From an uncultured Methanomassiliicoccales archaeon (lineage in GTDB: Archaea; Thermoplasmatota; Thermoplasmata; Methanomassiliicoccales; UBA472): a stretch of DNA of 64,000 nt. The notes under the pieces are model-generated. The model made no database searches and had not been told where the DNA came from. It was given only the letters and a program-made list of their open reading frames with translations. The DNA lies in NCBI GenBank assembly GCA_963695345.1, contig OY968769.1:1120001-1184000 (forward strand), in the 5' to 3' direction. Positions within the stretch are counted from its first letter, which is position 1. Every line of letters starts with the position of its first letter. A program made the position numbers and the translations under genes. Below, piece by piece: positions 63,672 to 64,000 of this stretch.

Positions 63672-64000
63672 TTACTCTTCCCCTTCCTCGCCGCCCTCGA
63701 CCCGGAGGGAATCGCCCTTTGCCTCGGTCTCTTCCACCATGCGTTCCTCGCCCTTTCCTATCAGGCGGGCCACGGCGATGACCTTCTCTCCCTCTTCCAG
63801 GCGCTTTGCCCTGACCCCCATGGTCACCCTTCCCAGGACCCGGAAGTCGGAGGCCGGGAACCGGATGATGTTGCCCTTGTTGCTGGCCAGGATGATCTCG
63901 TCCTCCTCGGACACCTCGAGCACGGCGAGCACCTTCCCGTTCCTCTCGCAGACCTTGATGGCCTTCACGCCCTTCCCTCCCCGGTGGGTCTTCCGGTACT
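63672..64000 (-). CDS. gyrA: DNA gyrase subunit A, C-terminal pinwheel (partial)
   Basis: THRGGKGVKAIK and IIRF...VLGRVTMGVRAKRL blade repeats, acidic tail. Confidence 0.9.
   Translation of the reverse strand, partial: YRKTHRGGKGVKAIKVCERNGKVLAVLEVSEEDEIILASNKGNIIRFPASDFRVLGRVTMGVRAKRLEEGEKVIAVARLIGKGEERMVEETEAKGDSLRVEGGEEGEE

Overview
GC-rich archaeal chromosomal window. Gene content and signals (TATA/BRE promoters, GAGGTG-type ribosome-binding sites, deoxyhypusine synthase, Lhr, stand-alone HdrD-like protein, gyrase, KaiC/RAD55 ATPases) suggest Thermoplasmatota, probably Methanomassiliicoccales; this assignment is an inference. The window holds about 50 genes and tRNA-Phe(GAA). Main blocks: accessory and housekeeping genes (1-18.6 kb); a hyf-like operon whose large subunit lacks the NiFe cysteines, i.e. 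an Ehr complex (18.6-26.2 kb); a decaying cytochrome c maturation locus (ccmF/ccmE) split by an MFS cassette with short flanking direct repeats (26.4-29.4 kb); mgtA, hdrD-like, lhr, rlmE, purM, an apparently inactive MCM-like gene and dhs (29.5-43.7 kb); and a cell-surface/signalling neighbourhood (46-63.5 kb). That neighbourhood comprises a two-ATPase type IV pilus operon, a ~1,870-aa CARDB surface protein with cytoplasmic zinc ribbons and a low-GC internal module, a coiled-coil zinc-ribbon protein, and two KaiC/RAD55 ATPases, one probably inactive. Many conserved genes carry +1 single-base insertions that look like long-read consensus errors. No CRISPR array, rRNA, transposase or integrase was seen. 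All family calls come from reading motifs by eye; no database searches were run.
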